The notes beneath the pieces were generated by a model that saw only the letters and a list, made by a program, of their open reading frames with translations, made no database searches and was not told the origin of the DNA. This document shows, piece after piece, positions 10,500 to 21,332 of a stretch of DNA of 43,729 bases. The stretch is from Cellvibrionales bacterium. Its GTDB lineage: Bacteria; Pseudomonadota; Gammaproteobacteria; Pseudomonadales; JAHEGP01. How positions within the stretch are numbered: the first letter of the stretch is position 1; each line of letters opens with the position of its first letter. The stretch lies in assembly GCA_024645065.1 (NCBI GenBank), contig JAHEGP010000001.1:1-43729 (forward strand), in the 5' to 3' direction. A program made the position numbers and the translations under genes.

Positions 10500-10610
10500 T
10501 CGGGCCAGCATGTCGTCCGGCTCGGCTGCCCTCCCCTCTTGTTTTCTGGCGACCGCCCGCCATCCCCACGACCTGGTAGCTCCAGCAGCAAGCAGGGCAA
10601 AACCCTGATA

Positions 10611-11288
10611 TCAATCCAGAAAGTGAGTCGTCTGCTGCAGCGCGGCGCGCTCGACCCGGCAATCGTTTGCGGGCTCGTTTTGATCTTCATAACCAAAGGA
10701 AATGCCAAACAACAATTTGTAGTGGGGGTCGACGCCCAGCACGTCGCGCACCAGTTTGGCATTGAAGCTCAGCGCCGTTTGCGGGCAACTGGCCAGCCCG
10801 AACGCGGTGAAGCCCAGCATCAGGGTTTGCGCATACATCCCCAGGTCGGCCGCTTCGCGCATCCCGAAGTCCTCACGCAAAAACAGGAATACGGCATGGG
10901 GCGCCCCAAAAAACTCGAAGTTGCGGGCAAAGGCAGCGGTGCGGGCATCCCGGTCGGAGCGCTCGATGCCCATGGCGTTGTAGAGCCGGGCGGCGGCGTC
11001 ATATTGGCGCTCCTTGTAAGCGCCGTCATATTTGCCGCTGTATTCAAAGTCCATGCTGTAATCACCCGCCATCAGCGCCTGGGGCAGGCGTTCGCGCAAG
11101 GTCTCGATGGTGTTACCGGAAACAACATAGCTGTCCCAGGGCTGGGTGTTGCAGTTTGACGGCGCCCGACCGGCAAGGGAGAAAATCCGCTCCAGGGTTT
11201 TGCGGGGAACCACCTGGTCGGTAAAACCGCGCACAGAGCGGCGCTGGCGAACGATCTGCTCGAACGCCGCACTCAATTGTTCAGACAT
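10611..11288 (-). CDS. Nitroreductase-family NAD(P)H-flavin oxidoreductase
   Basis: 225 aa. The N-terminal RRSVRGFTDQVVPRKTLERIFSLAGRAPSNCNTQPW is the hallmark nitroreductase FMN-binding start. Confidence 0.85.
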   Translation of the reverse strand: MSEQLSAAFEQIVRQRRSVRGFTDQVVPRKTLERIFSLAGRAPSNCNTQPWDSYVVSGNTIETLRERLPQALMAGDYSMDFEYSGKYDGAYKERQYDAAARLYNAMGIERSDRDARTAAFARNFEFFGAPHAVFLFLREDFGMREAADLGMYAQTLMLGFTAFGLASCPQTALSFNAKLVRDVLGVDPHYKLLFGISFGYEDQNEPANDCRVERAALQQTTHFLD

Positions 11289-11516
11289 AAGGCCAACCTG
11301 CTGCTCAAAGGGGAACCGTATTATTGCGCCCGGGGCATGACTTTTCCACCGTTGGGTGCCATTGCAGCAAGGTCCTGACGACGAGGCCCTGTGCCGCTTA
11401 CAGCATCGCCGGGTAATCCCCGGGACCCGCTCTGGCCGCTGTGAACTTCTAGCGTATTACGTCTCGATTCGCAGCGAACAGTACCGAAGCCAAAGGCGTG
11501 TCCCGGGCTGCCGCGG

Positions 11517-12041
11517 TTATCCATTGCTCACAGAGTGCAGGGCCAGTTGCATATTGGCGGCTATGCGCCGCGCGAGTTGCATCGCGCGGCGCGCCCTGGG
11601 ACCCGCAAACATTTGCTCGATAGTCGCGCAGAACAGGGCCAACCAGCGTTCAAAATCCTCGGCTTGAAGTTTTCGCCGGGTATGGATTACCCGATGAATG
11701 TCCATGGTATGGCGCTGGTATTTCCGGTCTCCCAGCAACAGCTTTTCCCAATAGCTCGTTATCAGCGGCAGGTGGCGCTGTAAATCAATGCGAGCGACGT
11801 CGAGAAATATGGGCGCCAGTCGCGGATCCCGAAGCAGTCGCGCATAAAATGCGGCTACCATTGCCGCGATGGCTTCGCGACTGTCGAGATCGGGCAGAGC
11901 CCGGGAGTGGACCGCGGTTCGAGGTGAAACCCGACCGCCGCAGTGTAATGGATCGCGTCCTCCGCGGTTCGGACAAGGGGACAGACGGGGTCGCGACGAG
12001 GGCTTGCTAACGCTTGTTGCGTCGCTTCTGTTTTCGCACAT
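11517..12041 (-). CDS. Truncated hemoglobin (bacterial-like globin, group II/III type) with an uncertain N-terminal extension
   Basis: The core [28 protein letters not shown]...[22 protein letters not shown]...[16 protein letters not shown] follows the trHb helix pattern (FY..v..D..l.piF ... W..lLG...Y ... F..WL.LF). The only upstream ATG (12041) adds about 55 Pro/Arg/Ser-rich residues and overlaps the der 3' end by 35 nt. Confidence 0.6.
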   Translation of the reverse strand: MCENRSDATSVSKPSSRPRLSPCPNRGGRDPLHCGGRVSPRTAVHSRALPDLDSREAIAAMVAAFYARLLRDPRLAPIFLDVARIDLQRHLPLITSYWEKLLLGDRKYQRHTMDIHRVIHTRRKLQAEDFERWLALFCATIEQMFAGPRARRAMQLARRIAANMQLALHSVSNG

Positions 12042-13419
12042 GGCTCTTGAGTCGCTCGCGTTTGGCCTGCTGACGTGGCGTCAACGCATTGCGTCGACCG
12101 GCAAAGGGGTTCTCACCGCCACGGAACTCGATTCTGATCGGAGTCCCGAACAGCTTCAACTCGCGCCGAAAAACCTTTTCAAGATAGCGTCGATAACTGT
12201 CTGGCACGGCGTCAAGCTGATTGCCGTGAATCACTATGAGCGGCGGGTTGGCGCCGCCGGGGTGGGCATAGCGCATCTTGATACGCCTGCCGTTCACCAT
12301 CGGCGGCGCATGTTCCTGGACGGCGTCCTGCAATATCCGGGTCAACCTCGGGGTGGAAAGCTCGGTGGTAGCCGCCAGGTAGGCGGCATCGATAGACGAA
12401 TATAAATTACCTACGCCACTGCCGTGCAATGCCGAAATATAATGCACCTTCGCAAAATCGATAAAATGAAGGCGGCGATCTATCTCCTCGCGAATACGAC
12501 GGCGCTGGCTATCATCGAGACCATCCCATTTATTGACCGCGAGCACCAACGCGCGACCGCTGTCAAGCGCATAACCCAGCAGATGCATATCCTGGTCGAC
12601 GATACCTTCACGACCATCCATGACCACGATGACGACATTGGCGTCCTGTACTGCCTGCAGCGCCTTGACGATGGAGAACTTCTCCACCGTGAGACTCACG
12701 TTCTTGCGACGCCGCACCCCAGCGGTATCGATCAGGGTGTAAGCCTTGCCGTCACGCTGGTAATCAATGGCAATACTGTCCCGGGTAGTGCCCGGCTGGT
12801 CGTAAACGACTACCCGCTCCTCGCCCAACAGTCGATTCACCAGGGTTGACTTGCCTACATTGGGGCGGCCGATAATCGCAATCCTGAGCCCCTTGTCCGA
12901 CTGCTGTGAGTCAGTATTTTCGGCAACGGCCTCGAAACCGTCGGTCAGGCCATCGAGCAGGCCGGGAACTCCCCGGCCATGACTGGCGGACGCCGGCCAG
13001 GGGCGACCCAGGCCCAGCTCGTAGAAATCGAGGAGCGCCAACTCCGGGTCCAGGCCATCGATTTTATTGGCCACTAAAAACGTCGTTTTACCGCTCTGGC
13101 GTAAATGGTCAGCGATGCTTCGATCGGCGGCGGCGATCCCGGACCGGGCATCGACCAGCAGCAATACCGCGTCAGCTTCTGCGATGGCCTGCATCGATTG
13201 CGACGCCATGGCCGCGTCTATGCCCTCTTCATTGCCACTGATGCCGCCGGTGTCGATCACGATAAATTCGCGCCCGGCATATTGCCCCTTGCCGTATTTT
13301 CTATCGCGAGTCAGGCCGGCATGGTTTGCCACCAGGGCATCCCGGGACCGGGTGATGCGATTAAAAAGCGTGGACTTGCCGACGTTCGGCCGACCCACCA
13401 GGGCAACTACCGGGAGCAT
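12007..13419 (-). CDS. der: Ribosome-biogenesis GTPase Der (EngA), double GTPase domain
   Basis: Two G domains ([16 protein letters not shown] and [16 protein letters not shown], each with DTGG/DTAG and NKxD) plus a basic KH-like C-terminus. The start is set at ATG 13419 ([16 protein letters not shown]), 2 nt after the bamB stop. Confidence 0.95.
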   Translation of the reverse strand: MLPVVALVGRPNVGKSTLFNRITRSRDALVANHAGLTRDRKYGKGQYAGREFIVIDTGGISGNEEGIDAAMASQSMQAIAEADAVLLLVDARSGIAAADRSIADHLRQSGKTTFLVANKIDGLDPELALLDFYELGLGRPWPASASHGRGVPGLLDGLTDGFEAVAENTDSQQSDKGLRIAIIGRPNVGKSTLVNRLLGEERVVVYDQPGTTRDSIAIDYQRDGKAYTLIDTAGVRRRKNVSLTVEKFSIVKALQAVQDANVVIVVMDGREGIVDQDMHLLGYALDSGRALVLAVNKWDGLDDSQRRRIREEIDRRLHFIDFAKVHYISALHGSGVGNLYSSIDAAYLAATTELSTPRLTRILQDAVQEHAPPMVNGRRIKMRYAHPGGANPPLIVIHGNQLDAVPDSYRRYLEKVFRRELKLFGTPIRIEFRGGENPFAGRRNALTPRQQAKRERLKSHVRKQKRRNKR

Positions 13420-13421
13420 GT

Positions 13422-14612
13422 TCAGTCGTCTCCGTTGCCGCGCAATTGCCACGCGACCAGTTTACCCTTGTTGCCATAGGCATAAATGACATCGCCTCTC
13501 GCCAGCAATGGCGCCCGCACCCCACCGGAGCCGGCCTTGACCCGGGCCACGAACTCGCCGTCGATCTGGTCCATGATATGAACGTAGCCCTCGTAATCTG
13601 CCACTGCGACGTAATTGTTGAAGGCCACCGGAGCCGATAGGCTGCGATAGCCCAGCTGCTCGTTTATCCAGCGAATATTGCCGTCGTCCTGATCCAACGC
13701 CACCAGGGCGCCCTTCTCATCAGCGTAATAAATATTACCGAATCCCTCGGTCAGGCCCACGTGGCTGGAGGCCTCCTGGTACCAGAGCGGGCGCCCGTTG
13801 CCGGGCTCGAAAGCCGCTACGCGCCCCTGGTAGCTAACCGCATACAAGGCGTTGGACAGTAGCAGTGGCCTGCCATCGATATCCACCACCCGCTCGATCT
13901 CGGATTCACCCTGGGGAAGGGCAACCCGCCCTTCCCAGCGCACGATGCCGCTGTCGACATCGAGGGAAACCAGCTTGCCATTCGCCAAACCGGCAAACAC
14001 CACACCGGCCTCTATCACCGGCGCGGAGGTTCCGCGCAGGGTGAGAACCGGCAATTGGCTACCGTATTCCCACATTTTATCGCCGTTGATCGCATTCAAG
14101 CCGACCAGCTTGCCGTTGAAGGTTTGCACGACAACCACATCTCCGTCAGTCGCCGGCGGGGCCAACACCTCGCCACTGACTTGACTCTGCCAGATCTCCT
14201 CACCATCCTCCTGGTAGAGGGCGAAAACCCTGCCACTGGAAGTGCCAACCAGCACGATGCCCTCGGCCGCGCCCACGCCCCCGGTTATCTCGGCGTCGAG
14301 GTCGATATCCCAGAGCTCCTTGCCGCTCATGCGGTCCAGGGCGACAAGGTCACCGTCCGCATCGACGGCAAAGATCATGTCACCGTCGATCGCGGCTTCG
14401 AGACGGTTGAATTTCTTGCCCTGGCCATTGCCTATGTCACGGCTCCAGAGCTTGTCCATCCCGATCGTTGGCTCGAAGTCGACCAGGTCCACTGGTTTGC
14501 TGAGGTCATCTTTCGAGCTGTTCGAACTGCAGGCAATCGAAAAGGCCAGTGCCAGCATCAACAGGGCGCTGCGCAGCCATCTGGCATAGCCCGGGAAAGG
14601 CAACTCGGTCAT
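13422..14612 (-). CDS. bamB: Outer-membrane protein assembly factor BamB (YfgL), a PQQ-like beta-propeller lipoprotein
   Basis: Lipobox LALAFSIAC. Repeated propeller blades ([28 protein letters not shown] and others). Conserved position between yfgM and der. An alternative ATG at 14630 would overlap the yfgM stop. Confidence 0.9.
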   Translation of the reverse strand: MTELPFPGYARWLRSALLMLALAFSIACSSNSSKDDLSKPVDLVDFEPTIGMDKLWSRDIGNGQGKKFNRLEAAIDGDMIFAVDADGDLVALDRMSGKELWDIDLDAEITGGVGAAEGIVLVGTSSGRVFALYQEDGEEIWQSQVSGEVLAPPATDGDVVVVQTFNGKLVGLNAINGDKMWEYGSQLPVLTLRGTSAPVIEAGVVFAGLANGKLVSLDVDSGIVRWEGRVALPQGESEIERVVDIDGRPLLLSNALYAVSYQGRVAAFEPGNGRPLWYQEASSHVGLTEGFGNIYYADEKGALVALDQDDGNIRWINEQLGYRSLSAPVAFNNYVAVADYEGYVHIMDQIDGEFVARVKAGSGGVRAPLLARGDVIYAYGNKGKLVAWQLRGNGDD

Positions 14613-14619
14613 TGCACAA

Positions 14620-15309
14620 TCAGCTCTCATCGTTGGCTAGCCCCGTATCTTTGGCGGTATCCCGGGGCAGTGAATCCAGCTTCATTCGCACCAATGGCAT
14701 AGCGTCCGGGTTGCCGGCACTGCTGGCAAGCGCGCTCTGGTAATCCTGCCGCGCGGCCTCCAGGTCGCCCTGGCTGGTGTGAATGTCACCGCGCAACTCG
14801 TAGTAAATCGCGGCGAACTGACCATAGTCCGCGCTGTTCATTTGCTCCAGCGCACGCTCAGCGTCACCCGCGGCAAACAACACCCGCGCCAGCCTGAGGT
14901 TGGCCAGCTGCTGCAGCTCTGGATCGGGCTTACTTTCCAGCACCCAGCGCAATTGCTCCTGGGCCGCATCGAGGTCTTTCTGATCGACCAACAATTTCGC
15001 CTGCATCAGCGCCGCATAGCGCGCATAGAGCGTGTTCGGGTAGTCCGTTTTCAAGCTGTCCACCAGATGCGATGCGGTGGCGTAGCGAGCATCGCTGGCA
15101 TCCTGCTCCAGTTCCATGGTGACCTGGAGCAATTGCTGGTACTCGGCCGAAGCGCCGGCTTGCTGCTGCTGTTTGTTTTTCTGCCAGGCCTGCCAGCCGA
15201 AATAGACGCCCACCACTACCACAATGGTCAGCAGGGTCGAGGCGCCGTTTTCCTTCCACCAGCGTTTGAGAGCCTCAACCTGTTCGTCTTCTGTGCGATA
15301 AGCGTCCAC
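14620..15309 (-). CDS. yfgM: YfgM-family membrane-anchored TPR protein (ancillary SecYEG translocon subunit)
   Basis: (V)DAYRTEDEQVEALKRWWKENGAS plus a TM helix aligns with the E. coli YfgM N-terminus MEIYENENDQVEAVKRFFAENGKA. GTG start at 15309 with GGGAG 7 nt upstream. Confidence 0.85.
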   Translation of the reverse strand: MDAYRTEDEQVEALKRWWKENGASTLLTIVVVVGVYFGWQAWQKNKQQQQAGASAEYQQLLQVTMELEQDASDARYATASHLVDSLKTDYPNTLYARYAALMQAKLLVDQKDLDAAQEQLRWVLESKPDPELQQLANLRLARVLFAAGDAERALEQMNSADYGQFAAIYYELRGDIHTSQGDLEAARQDYQSALASSAGNPDAMPLVRMKLDSLPRDTAKDTGLANDES

Positions 15310-15321
15310 ACTTGTCTCCCT

Positions 15322-16614
15322 TTAGTTACTTGCTGCTGCCAGAATCGTCGGCAGGAGTTGAATGAGTTCATCACTAGCCATGGTTTGCTGGCCAAAGGCC
15401 TGTCCCCGCAGCGCCTTCAATGTCAGTGCGCCAGCGCTGGCCTCGTCTTCGCCCAGTATCAGCGCAAAGCTGGCGCCACTTTTATCTGCTTTTTTCATTT
15501 GACTCTTGAAGCTGCCGCCACCGCTGTGCACCAGCAGGCCGACACTCGGCAATGCGTCGCGCAGCACTTCGGCGACGACCAGCGCTTGGCCCTCCAGATT
15601 GTCACCGGCCACCACAAAGTAAATGTCTACCAGCTCACCGAGGCCATCGGGCACTTTCCCGTGCGCCTCGTACAGGAGCACCAGACGCTCGATCCCCAGG
15701 GCAAAACCCACCGCCGGTGTTGGCGCACCGCCCAGTTGCTCCACCAGACTGTCATAGCGACCACCCGCACACACCGTGCCCTGGGCGCCGAGTTTATCGG
15801 TGGTCCACTCAAACACCGTGTGATTGTAGTAATCGAGGCCGCGAACCAGGCGTGGATTCAGCCGGTAGGTGACGCCGGCAGCGTCCAGCAACTGACGCAA
15901 GGTGTCGAAGTGGGCACGCGCCTCGGCGCCGAGGAAATCCTGCAGCGATGGCGCCGCGACGAGCAGTTCCTGTATTGCAGGGTTCTTGCTATCGAGAATG
16001 CGCAGCGGATTTGTCAGCAAGCGGCGCTGGCTATCATCATCCAGTTGCTCGCGATGTTGTTGCAGATAGTCCAGCAAAGCCTGGCGGTAGCGCTGGCGAT
16101 CGACGGCTGAACCCAGGGAGTTCAGCTCCAGGCCAACGGCCTCACCCAGGCCGAGTTCGCGCCACAGGCGCTGGGTCAGCAGCAGGATTTCCGCGTCGAT
16201 CGCCGGGCCAGCGAGACCGAAACATTCGATACCCATCTGGTGGAACTGGCGCTGCCGGCCCTTTTGCGGTCGCTCGTAACGAAACATCGGGCCCTGGTAC
16301 CAGAGCCGCTGCACCTGATTGCGCAAAAGCCCGTGCTGCTCGGCGGCCCGGACACAGCAGGCCGTACCCTCCGGGCGCAGGGTCAGGCTTTCGTTATTGC
16401 GATCGGGAAAGGTGTACATCTCCTTTTCCACGATATCGGTAACCTCGCCTATCGAGCGTTTGAAAAGCTCGGTCTGCTCGACAATCGGAAAGCGTATTTC
16501 GCTGTAACCGTAGCTACCGAAGAGTGCGGCGGCAACGGCTTCCAGCCGCTGCCAAATGGGCGTTTGTGCCGGCAGGATATCGTTCATCCCGCGTACGGCT
16601 CTGATAGTCGACAA
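15322..16614 (-). CDS. hisS: Histidine--tRNA ligase
   Basis: [14 protein letters not shown]...LRPEGTA...[16 protein letters not shown]...GGGRYD class II HisRS motifs. The start is apparently TTG at 16614. Confidence 0.95.
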   Translation of the reverse strand: MSTIRAVRGMNDILPAQTPIWQRLEAVAAALFGSYGYSEIRFPIVEQTELFKRSIGEVTDIVEKEMYTFPDRNNESLTLRPEGTACCVRAAEQHGLLRNQVQRLWYQGPMFRYERPQKGRQRQFHQMGIECFGLAGPAIDAEILLLTQRLWRELGLGEAVGLELNSLGSAVDRQRYRQALLDYLQQHREQLDDDSQRRLLTNPLRILDSKNPAIQELLVAAPSLQDFLGAEARAHFDTLRQLLDAAGVTYRLNPRLVRGLDYYNHTVFEWTTDKLGAQGTVCAGGRYDSLVEQLGGAPTPAVGFALGIERLVLLYEAHGKVPDGLGELVDIYFVVAGDNLEGQALVVAEVLRDALPSVGLLVHSGGGSFKSQMKKADKSGASFALILGEDEASAGALTLKALRGQAFGQQTMASDELIQLLPTILAAASN

Positions 16615-16660
16615 GGTTATTTGTTCCCGGTTAGTTGATTACGGCAGTTGCAACCGCGTC

Positions 16661-17785
16661 TCAGGAGCCAATAATCGTTACAGGCTTTGGTTCATCCAGT
16701 TCGGCCTGGCGCAAGGCGGCCTTTTTGCGAATCATGGCCTCGAGATCATCCAGCAGTTTATCGTTGGTAATCTTGTGGTCTTTCTTGCCATCGGCATAGA
16801 TCAGGTTATTGGGGGTCCCGCCGGTCACGCCAATGTCTGCCTCCCGGGCCTCTCCCGGGCCGTTGACGATACAGCCAATGACTGCAACGTCCAGCGGAGT
16901 TTGCAGGTCCTCGAGGCGAGACTCCAGTGCATTCATGGTACTGACGACGTCGAAATTCTGGCGTGAACAACTGGGGCAGGCAATAAAGTTGATGCCCCGG
17001 CTACGCAGGCGCAGGCTTTTCAGAATATCGAAGCCGACCTTGATCTCCTCCACCGGGTCCGCCGCCAGGGACACCCTGAGGGTGTCCCCAATGCCGTCCA
17101 TCAACAGCATGCCGAGCCCCACCGCCGACTTTACCGTCCCGCTGCGCAGCGCACCGGCCTCGGTGATGCCCAGATGCAGGGGTTGTTCAATCTGACCGGC
17201 GATCAGGCGGTAGGCCGCAACCGTCATAAACACATCGGAGGCCTTCAGGCTAAGCTTGAAATCCTGGAAGTCGAGCCGATCGAGAATATCGACATGGCGC
17301 ATGGCCGATTCAACCAGCGCCTCGGGAGTCGGCTCGCCGTACTTGCGTTGCAATTCCTTTTCCAGTGAGCCGGCGTTGACCCCGATGCGGATCGGGATTC
17401 CCTTGTCCCTGGCGCAATCGACCACCGCCCGCACCCGGTCTTCACGGCCGATATTTCCCGGATTGATGCGCAGGCAGTCCACTCCCAGCTCCGCCACTCG
17501 CAGGGCGATCTTGTAGTCAAAATGAATATCCGCCACCAGTGGCAGTGTCACCTGGCTGCGAATTGCGCCGAACGCCTCAGCGGCGTCCATCGAGGGTACC
17601 GACACCCGCACCAGGTCGGCACCGGCATCCTGCAGCGCCTTCACCTGGGCGATCGTGGCGGCAACATCACAGGTATCGGTGTTGGTCATACTCTGCACGG
17701 CTATGGGTGCATCTCCACCAATCAGGACGTTGCCAACCTTGATCTGGCGCGAGCGACGTCGGACTATGGGGCTTTCATATTTCAT
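16661..17785 (-). CDS. ispG: 4-hydroxy-3-methylbut-2-en-1-yl diphosphate synthase (flavodoxin)
   Basis: 374 aa. [29 protein letters not shown] and the C-terminal cluster ligands ACPSCSR...[11 protein letters not shown]. Confidence 0.95.
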   Translation of the reverse strand: MKYESPIVRRRSRQIKVGNVLIGGDAPIAVQSMTNTDTCDVAATIAQVKALQDAGADLVRVSVPSMDAAEAFGAIRSQVTLPLVADIHFDYKIALRVAELGVDCLRINPGNIGREDRVRAVVDCARDKGIPIRIGVNAGSLEKELQRKYGEPTPEALVESAMRHVDILDRLDFQDFKLSLKASDVFMTVAAYRLIAGQIEQPLHLGITEAGALRSGTVKSAVGLGMLLMDGIGDTLRVSLAADPVEEIKVGFDILKSLRLRSRGINFIACPSCSRQNFDVVSTMNALESRLEDLQTPLDVAVIGCIVNGPGEAREADIGVTGGTPNNLIYADGKKDHKITNDKLLDDLEAMIRKKAALRQAELDEPKPVTIIGS

Positions 17786-17789
17786 TGTG

Positions 17790-18614
17790 CTAACCGCCTA
17801 TTACCAATTGTGCCGACCTGCTTCCCTCATCGGGCACCACGGGAATCGAGCGCCCCTGGTAACGCACTGCCACCGCGTGATAGCGGCCCAGCACCACCTT
17901 GTAGGGCGGCTCACCCTGAACAATTTCTGTATCACCTGCCCGGCGCATATCCGCCAGTAAAATTTTGCGCGAGGCATCCCTCACCTCGACCCAGCAATCG
18001 TCGGTGAAATGTATCTCGAGGTGATCGCCACCCTGGCCGGCACCACTGGCGGAGGTATCCAGAACAGCAAACGGGGACACGCTGGCATTGTTATCATCGA
18101 GCCCGGACTGCTGCTCCCCTGCGGGTTGTGCCAGCTCAGGAGCGGGTTCCTGATCGCTATCAGAGCCCGCGCTGAAGTAGATAATGGTAGTCAACAACAA
18201 TAGCGCCACGACTGCCATCGCCGACCAGACCAATGCGCCAGGCACTTCGGGCAAGCGCTCCAGCAAGCCTTTGTTCGCCGGCGGCCGGGGCTCTGGCTCC
18301 GGATCTTCAGGCAGTTCCACAAGCGGTGGCTGGTACTGTGCCAGAATCAGGGCAGGGTCGAGTTGCAACAGCTTGGCGTAGGATCGCAGGTAGCCCTTGA
18401 CGAAAACCTCAGCCGGCAGGGAGTCGTAGTTGCCCTGCTCGATGGCATTTACCTGGCTGGAGCTCAGAAACAGCCGCTCCGCCACTTCAGCGACGGAATA
18501 GGCCTGGTTTTCCCGGGCAGCGCGCAACTGTGCACCCAGCGCCGCCAGTTGTTGCGCCCGGTCAGTTGCCTTTGTATTTTGTGTCATTGCCATGTTCGTT
18601 TCTGTAGCGGACAT
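17790..18614 (-). CDS. rodZ: Cytoskeleton protein RodZ (XRE-type HTH, one TM segment, periplasmic C-terminal domain)
   Basis: [51 protein letters not shown]. Conserved slot between pilW and ispG. The start is ambiguous (ATG at 18614, 18593 or 18587), and every option overlaps the pilW 3' end. Confidence 0.85.
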   Translation of the reverse strand: MSATETNMAMTQNTKATDRAQQLAALGAQLRAARENQAYSVAEVAERLFLSSSQVNAIEQGNYDSLPAEVFVKGYLRSYAKLLQLDPALILAQYQPPLVELPEDPEPEPRPPANKGLLERLPEVPGALVWSAMAVVALLLLTTIIYFSAGSDSDQEPAPELAQPAGEQQSGLDDNNASVSPFAVLDTSASGAGQGGDHLEIHFTDDCWVEVRDASRKILLADMRRAGDTEIVQGEPPYKVVLGRYHAVAVRYQGRSIPVVPDEGSRSAQLVIGG

Positions 18615-19380
18615 ACTCTTCGGACGTGGGGTACATGTTTTTTAAAGCCAGCGCATAGCTGGCCCGGGCATCCTCATCTTCGAAGTATTCGGCCAGTTGA
18701 ATCCCGATATACAGACTGCGTGAACTTTTGGGGCCCACCTTGCGGTATTGCGAATAGTATTTCTGAGCCGTGACGTAATCGCCCTGCTCCATATTGATAT
18801 AACTCAGCTCCAGCAAAGCCTGGTGCTGCCTCCTGTTGAGGGCATAGGCACGCTCAAAGGCACTTTCAGCAGCGTCGAATTCACCGATTTTCAGCTCGCA
18901 TTGGCCCAGGTTCTGAAACGCACTGGCGCGGCCCTCATAGAGCGTATCTTCAATCACCTTGCGCATCTGCTTGCATGCCTCGGGGTAGCGCCCCTCGGAA
19001 TAGAGAAATACGGCATAGTTATTGCGCGCCGACGTCATGTCGCGATCGGCCCGCAGGGCTATCTTGTAATGCTCTTCGGCGAGTTCTTTCTCACCCGTTA
19101 CCTGGAATACCAGTGCCATGCCGTTATTCACCTCGGCCGAATCCGGGTCGCGGTCGTAGGCGCTCTTGAGATGGCGCATCGCGTTCTCAGTGTCACCCTG
19201 GCGAAGGTATTCCATCGCCGCATTGACGTGGGACTGCACCGCATCCTCGGTGGTGACTTCCTTGGTGTAGGCCGACTGGGTCTCGGTAACACAGCCGCTT
19301 GCACCCAGCGTTGCCAGCAACACGACGATCACGCTGCAGATAGCGGCGCCAGTGCGCCGGACCACGGGACAGTTCAACAT
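18562..19380 (-). CDS. pilW: Type IV pilus biogenesis/stability TPR lipoprotein PilW (PilF)
   Basis: Lipobox LLATLGASGC followed by consecutive TPR repeats. Conserved position between rlmN and rodZ, as in Pseudomonas. ATG at 19380. The TTG codons at 19389 and 19386 are alternatives. Confidence 0.8.
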   Translation of the reverse strand: MLNCPVVRRTGAAICSVIVVLLATLGASGCVTETQSAYTKEVTTEDAVQSHVNAAMEYLRQGDTENAMRHLKSAYDRDPDSAEVNNGMALVFQVTGEKELAEEHYKIALRADRDMTSARNNYAVFLYSEGRYPEACKQMRKVIEDTLYEGRASAFQNLGQCELKIGEFDAAESAFERAYALNRRQHQALLELSYINMEQGDYVTAQKYYSQYRKVGPKSSRSLYIGIQLAEYFEDEDARASYALALKNMYPTSEEYVRYRNEHGNDTKYKGN

Positions 19381-19406
19381 CGACAACAAATTCTCCTCAT
19401 GCGGCT

Positions 19407-20570
19407 TCAGTTTATGACCTTGACCAGCGCCTCGTCGGGCCGCAGACGCGCTCGATAGCGCTCATTGCGCCGGGTCCTGTCCTGCACCTTGCCTACCAAC
19501 TGGCCACATGCGGCATCGATGTCGTCGCCGCGGGTACTGCGCACGGTAACGATGTAGCCATCCTGCTGCAGAATGCGCTTGAAGCGATCAACCCGGGCTG
19601 CGGAGGGTCGCTTGTAGTCAGACTGGGGAAAGGGATTAAAAGGTATCAGGTTGATCTTGCAAGGTATTCCCCGCAACAAAGCTGCCAATTCATGGGCATG
19701 CTGGTCGAGATCATTGACGCCCTTTATCAGGGTGTACTCGAACACCACCACTCGACTGCGGTCGGGCAGATGGTCCATGTAAAGACGGGTAGCACGCAAT
19801 AATTCGCTGATAGGGTATTTGCGGTTGATCGGCACCAGTTCATTGCGCAGGGTATCGTTGGCGGCGTGCAGCGATATCGCCAGCGATACATCGGTTTTGC
19901 CAATCAGCCTTTCCAGCGCCGGCACCACCCCGGAGGTACTCAGGGTGACACGCCGCTTGGACAGGCCGTAGCCGAAATCGTCCATCATTAAATTCGCGGC
20001 AGTGACCACATTGTCGAAATTCAACAGCGGCTCGCCCATCCCCATCATGACCACATTGGTAATCACCCGGGAGCCTCCCTCGCGGTAAACCCCCAGAGAG
20101 TGGTTGGCCAACCACAACTGGGCAACGATTTCAGCGGCGCTGAGATCGCGCTGGTAACCCTGCTTGCCGGTCGAGCAAAAGCTGCAGTCGAGGCTGCAAC
20201 CAATTTGCGATGACACACAAAGGGTTGCCCGCTGACCCTCTGGAATCAGCACGGTCTCCACCAAACTGCCACCGTGCACTCGAACAGCCCACTTGCGGGT
20301 GCCGTCCGCCGAGCTATGCTGGTGCACGACTTCAGGCAGCTCGATGACGGCAAGCTGCTTTAACCGCTGCCGCAATACCTTGCTGATATTGCTCATGGCA
20401 TCGAAATCGACCACACCCTGATGGTGTATCCACTTCATCAACTGCCTGGCGCGAAACGGCTTCTCGCCCAGCGTCTGCAGAAACAGCTCGAGCTCCTGCA
20501 TCGACATACCCAGCAAATTGGGCTTGTCCTGCCGGGCGCCGGTGGCAATTGGGAGCGGTTCGGACATCAT
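19407..20570 (-). CDS. rlmN: 23S rRNA/tRNA (adenine-C2)-methyltransferase RlmN (radical SAM)
   Basis: Radical-SAM motif [11 protein letters not shown], with downstream MGMGEPLLN and the catalytic Cys in DIDAACGQL. Lies 14-17 nt downstream of ndk. Confidence 0.95.
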   Translation of the reverse strand: MMSEPLPIATGARQDKPNLLGMSMQELELFLQTLGEKPFRARQLMKWIHHQGVVDFDAMSNISKVLRQRLKQLAVIELPEVVHQHSSADGTRKWAVRVHGGSLVETVLIPEGQRATLCVSSQIGCSLDCSFCSTGKQGYQRDLSAAEIVAQLWLANHSLGVYREGGSRVITNVVMMGMGEPLLNFDNVVTAANLMMDDFGYGLSKRRVTLSTSGVVPALERLIGKTDVSLAISLHAANDTLRNELVPINRKYPISELLRATRLYMDHLPDRSRVVVFEYTLIKGVNDLDQHAHELAALLRGIPCKINLIPFNPFPQSDYKRPSAARVDRFKRILQQDGYIVTVRSTRGDDIDAACGQLVGKVQDRTRRNERYRARLRPDEALVKVIN

Positions 20571-20587
20571 CAATCAACCAATCTGGC

Positions 20588-21013
20588 TCAGCGAGGGCAC
20601 AGTTCGTCAGCGTTGAAAAAATAGGCGATTTCTCGCGTGGCAGAGGTCGCGGAATCGGAACCGTGAACCGCATTGGCGTCGATTGAGCTGGCAAAATCGG
20701 CACGAATGGTGCCGGCGGCGGCTTCCTGTGGATTGGTGGCGCCCATCAACTCGCGGTTTTTGGCGATAGCACTTTCCCCTTCCAGTACCTGCACCGTTAC
20801 CGGCCCGGATGTCATAAATTCCACCAGCGGCGCGAAGAACGGACGCTCCTTGTGCTCGGCATAAAACCCGCCCGCCTGTTCGCCGTCCATGTGCAGCATT
20901 TTAATCGCCACTACCTTCAGGCCATTGTTTTCAAAGCGTGACAGGATTTCCCCAATCACGTTTTTGCCGACGGCATCCGGTTTGATGATGGACAGGGTTC
21001 TTTCAACGGCCAT
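20588..21013 (-). CDS. ndk: Nucleoside diphosphate kinase
   Basis: 141 aa. [15 protein letters not shown]...NAVHGSDS (catalytic His), colinear with Ndk. Confidence 0.97.
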   Translation of the reverse strand: MAVERTLSIIKPDAVGKNVIGEILSRFENNGLKVVAIKMLHMDGEQAGGFYAEHKERPFFAPLVEFMTSGPVTVQVLEGESAIAKNRELMGATNPQEAAAGTIRADFASSIDANAVHGSDSATSATREIAYFFNADELCPR

Positions 21014-21060
21014 GCGGTATTTCTCCTGGTAAGTTTAAATGTGAAAGCCGAGCAACCCGG

Positions 21061-21084
21061 CGGGGCTTCTCGATTCGGGGCTTC
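21061..21084. repeat. Direct repeat CGGGGCTTC x2 with a 15-nt period, upstream of ndk
   Basis: Identical 9-mers at 21061-21069 and 21076-21084, read directly. Confidence 0.6.
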
Positions 21085-21095
21085 CGGTTGTGTGG

Positions 21096-21136
21096 CGGGT
21101 ACCTTGTCGGGTAAAACGGGTACCTTGTCGGGTAAA
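21096..21136. repeat. Tandem direct repeat of 20 identical nt (CGGGTACCTTGTCGGGTAAA), x2, with a 21-nt period. Each unit holds two CGGGTA hexamers.
   Basis: Copies at 21096-21115 and 21117-21136, read directly. They lie 83-123 nt upstream of the ndk ATG on the opposite strand. Confidence 0.85.
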
Positions 21137-21241
21137 GAGTGAGAACTTGCATCTGCAAGCCCCGAAAAATCCGGCCGATTATACGCAAAACGCCCATCAA
21201 TTGGCAGCACTATTAGCGCAAGGCAAAGTATCCTTTTCCGG

Positions 21242-21264
21242 AAACCCGCCGGCCGGCGGGATTT
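21242..21264 (-). terminator. Probable intrinsic terminator of the iscRS operon
   Basis: Perfect GC palindrome CCCGCCGGCCGGCGGG (21245-21260) flanked by AAA and (A)TTT. On the minus strand the stem is followed by TTT. It lies about 75 nt downstream of the iscS stop. Confidence 0.5.
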
Positions 21265-21332
21265 ATCGAGCCTCCGGGTAGACCCCCCGATGCCCCGATG
21301 GCGGTGGGGTTGGGGTAGCGGAGAGACGGCGA

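Noticed and set aside
14779-16110. 443-aa plus-strand ORF spanning yfgM and hisS
   Set aside because: It is entirely antisense to two genes with unambiguous homology. Its Gln/Arg/His/Leu-rich composition is typical of shadow ORFs in high-GC DNA, and I recognise no motif in it.
21014-21332. Search for degraded iscU/iscA remnants in the iscS-ndk gap
   Set aside because: Reading all frames on the minus strand gave no IscU-like motifs (no cluster-ligand Cys or LPPVK-type motifs). The track ORFs here (20956-21210 and 21003-21200) are Pro/Arg-rich noise that overlaps the repeats.
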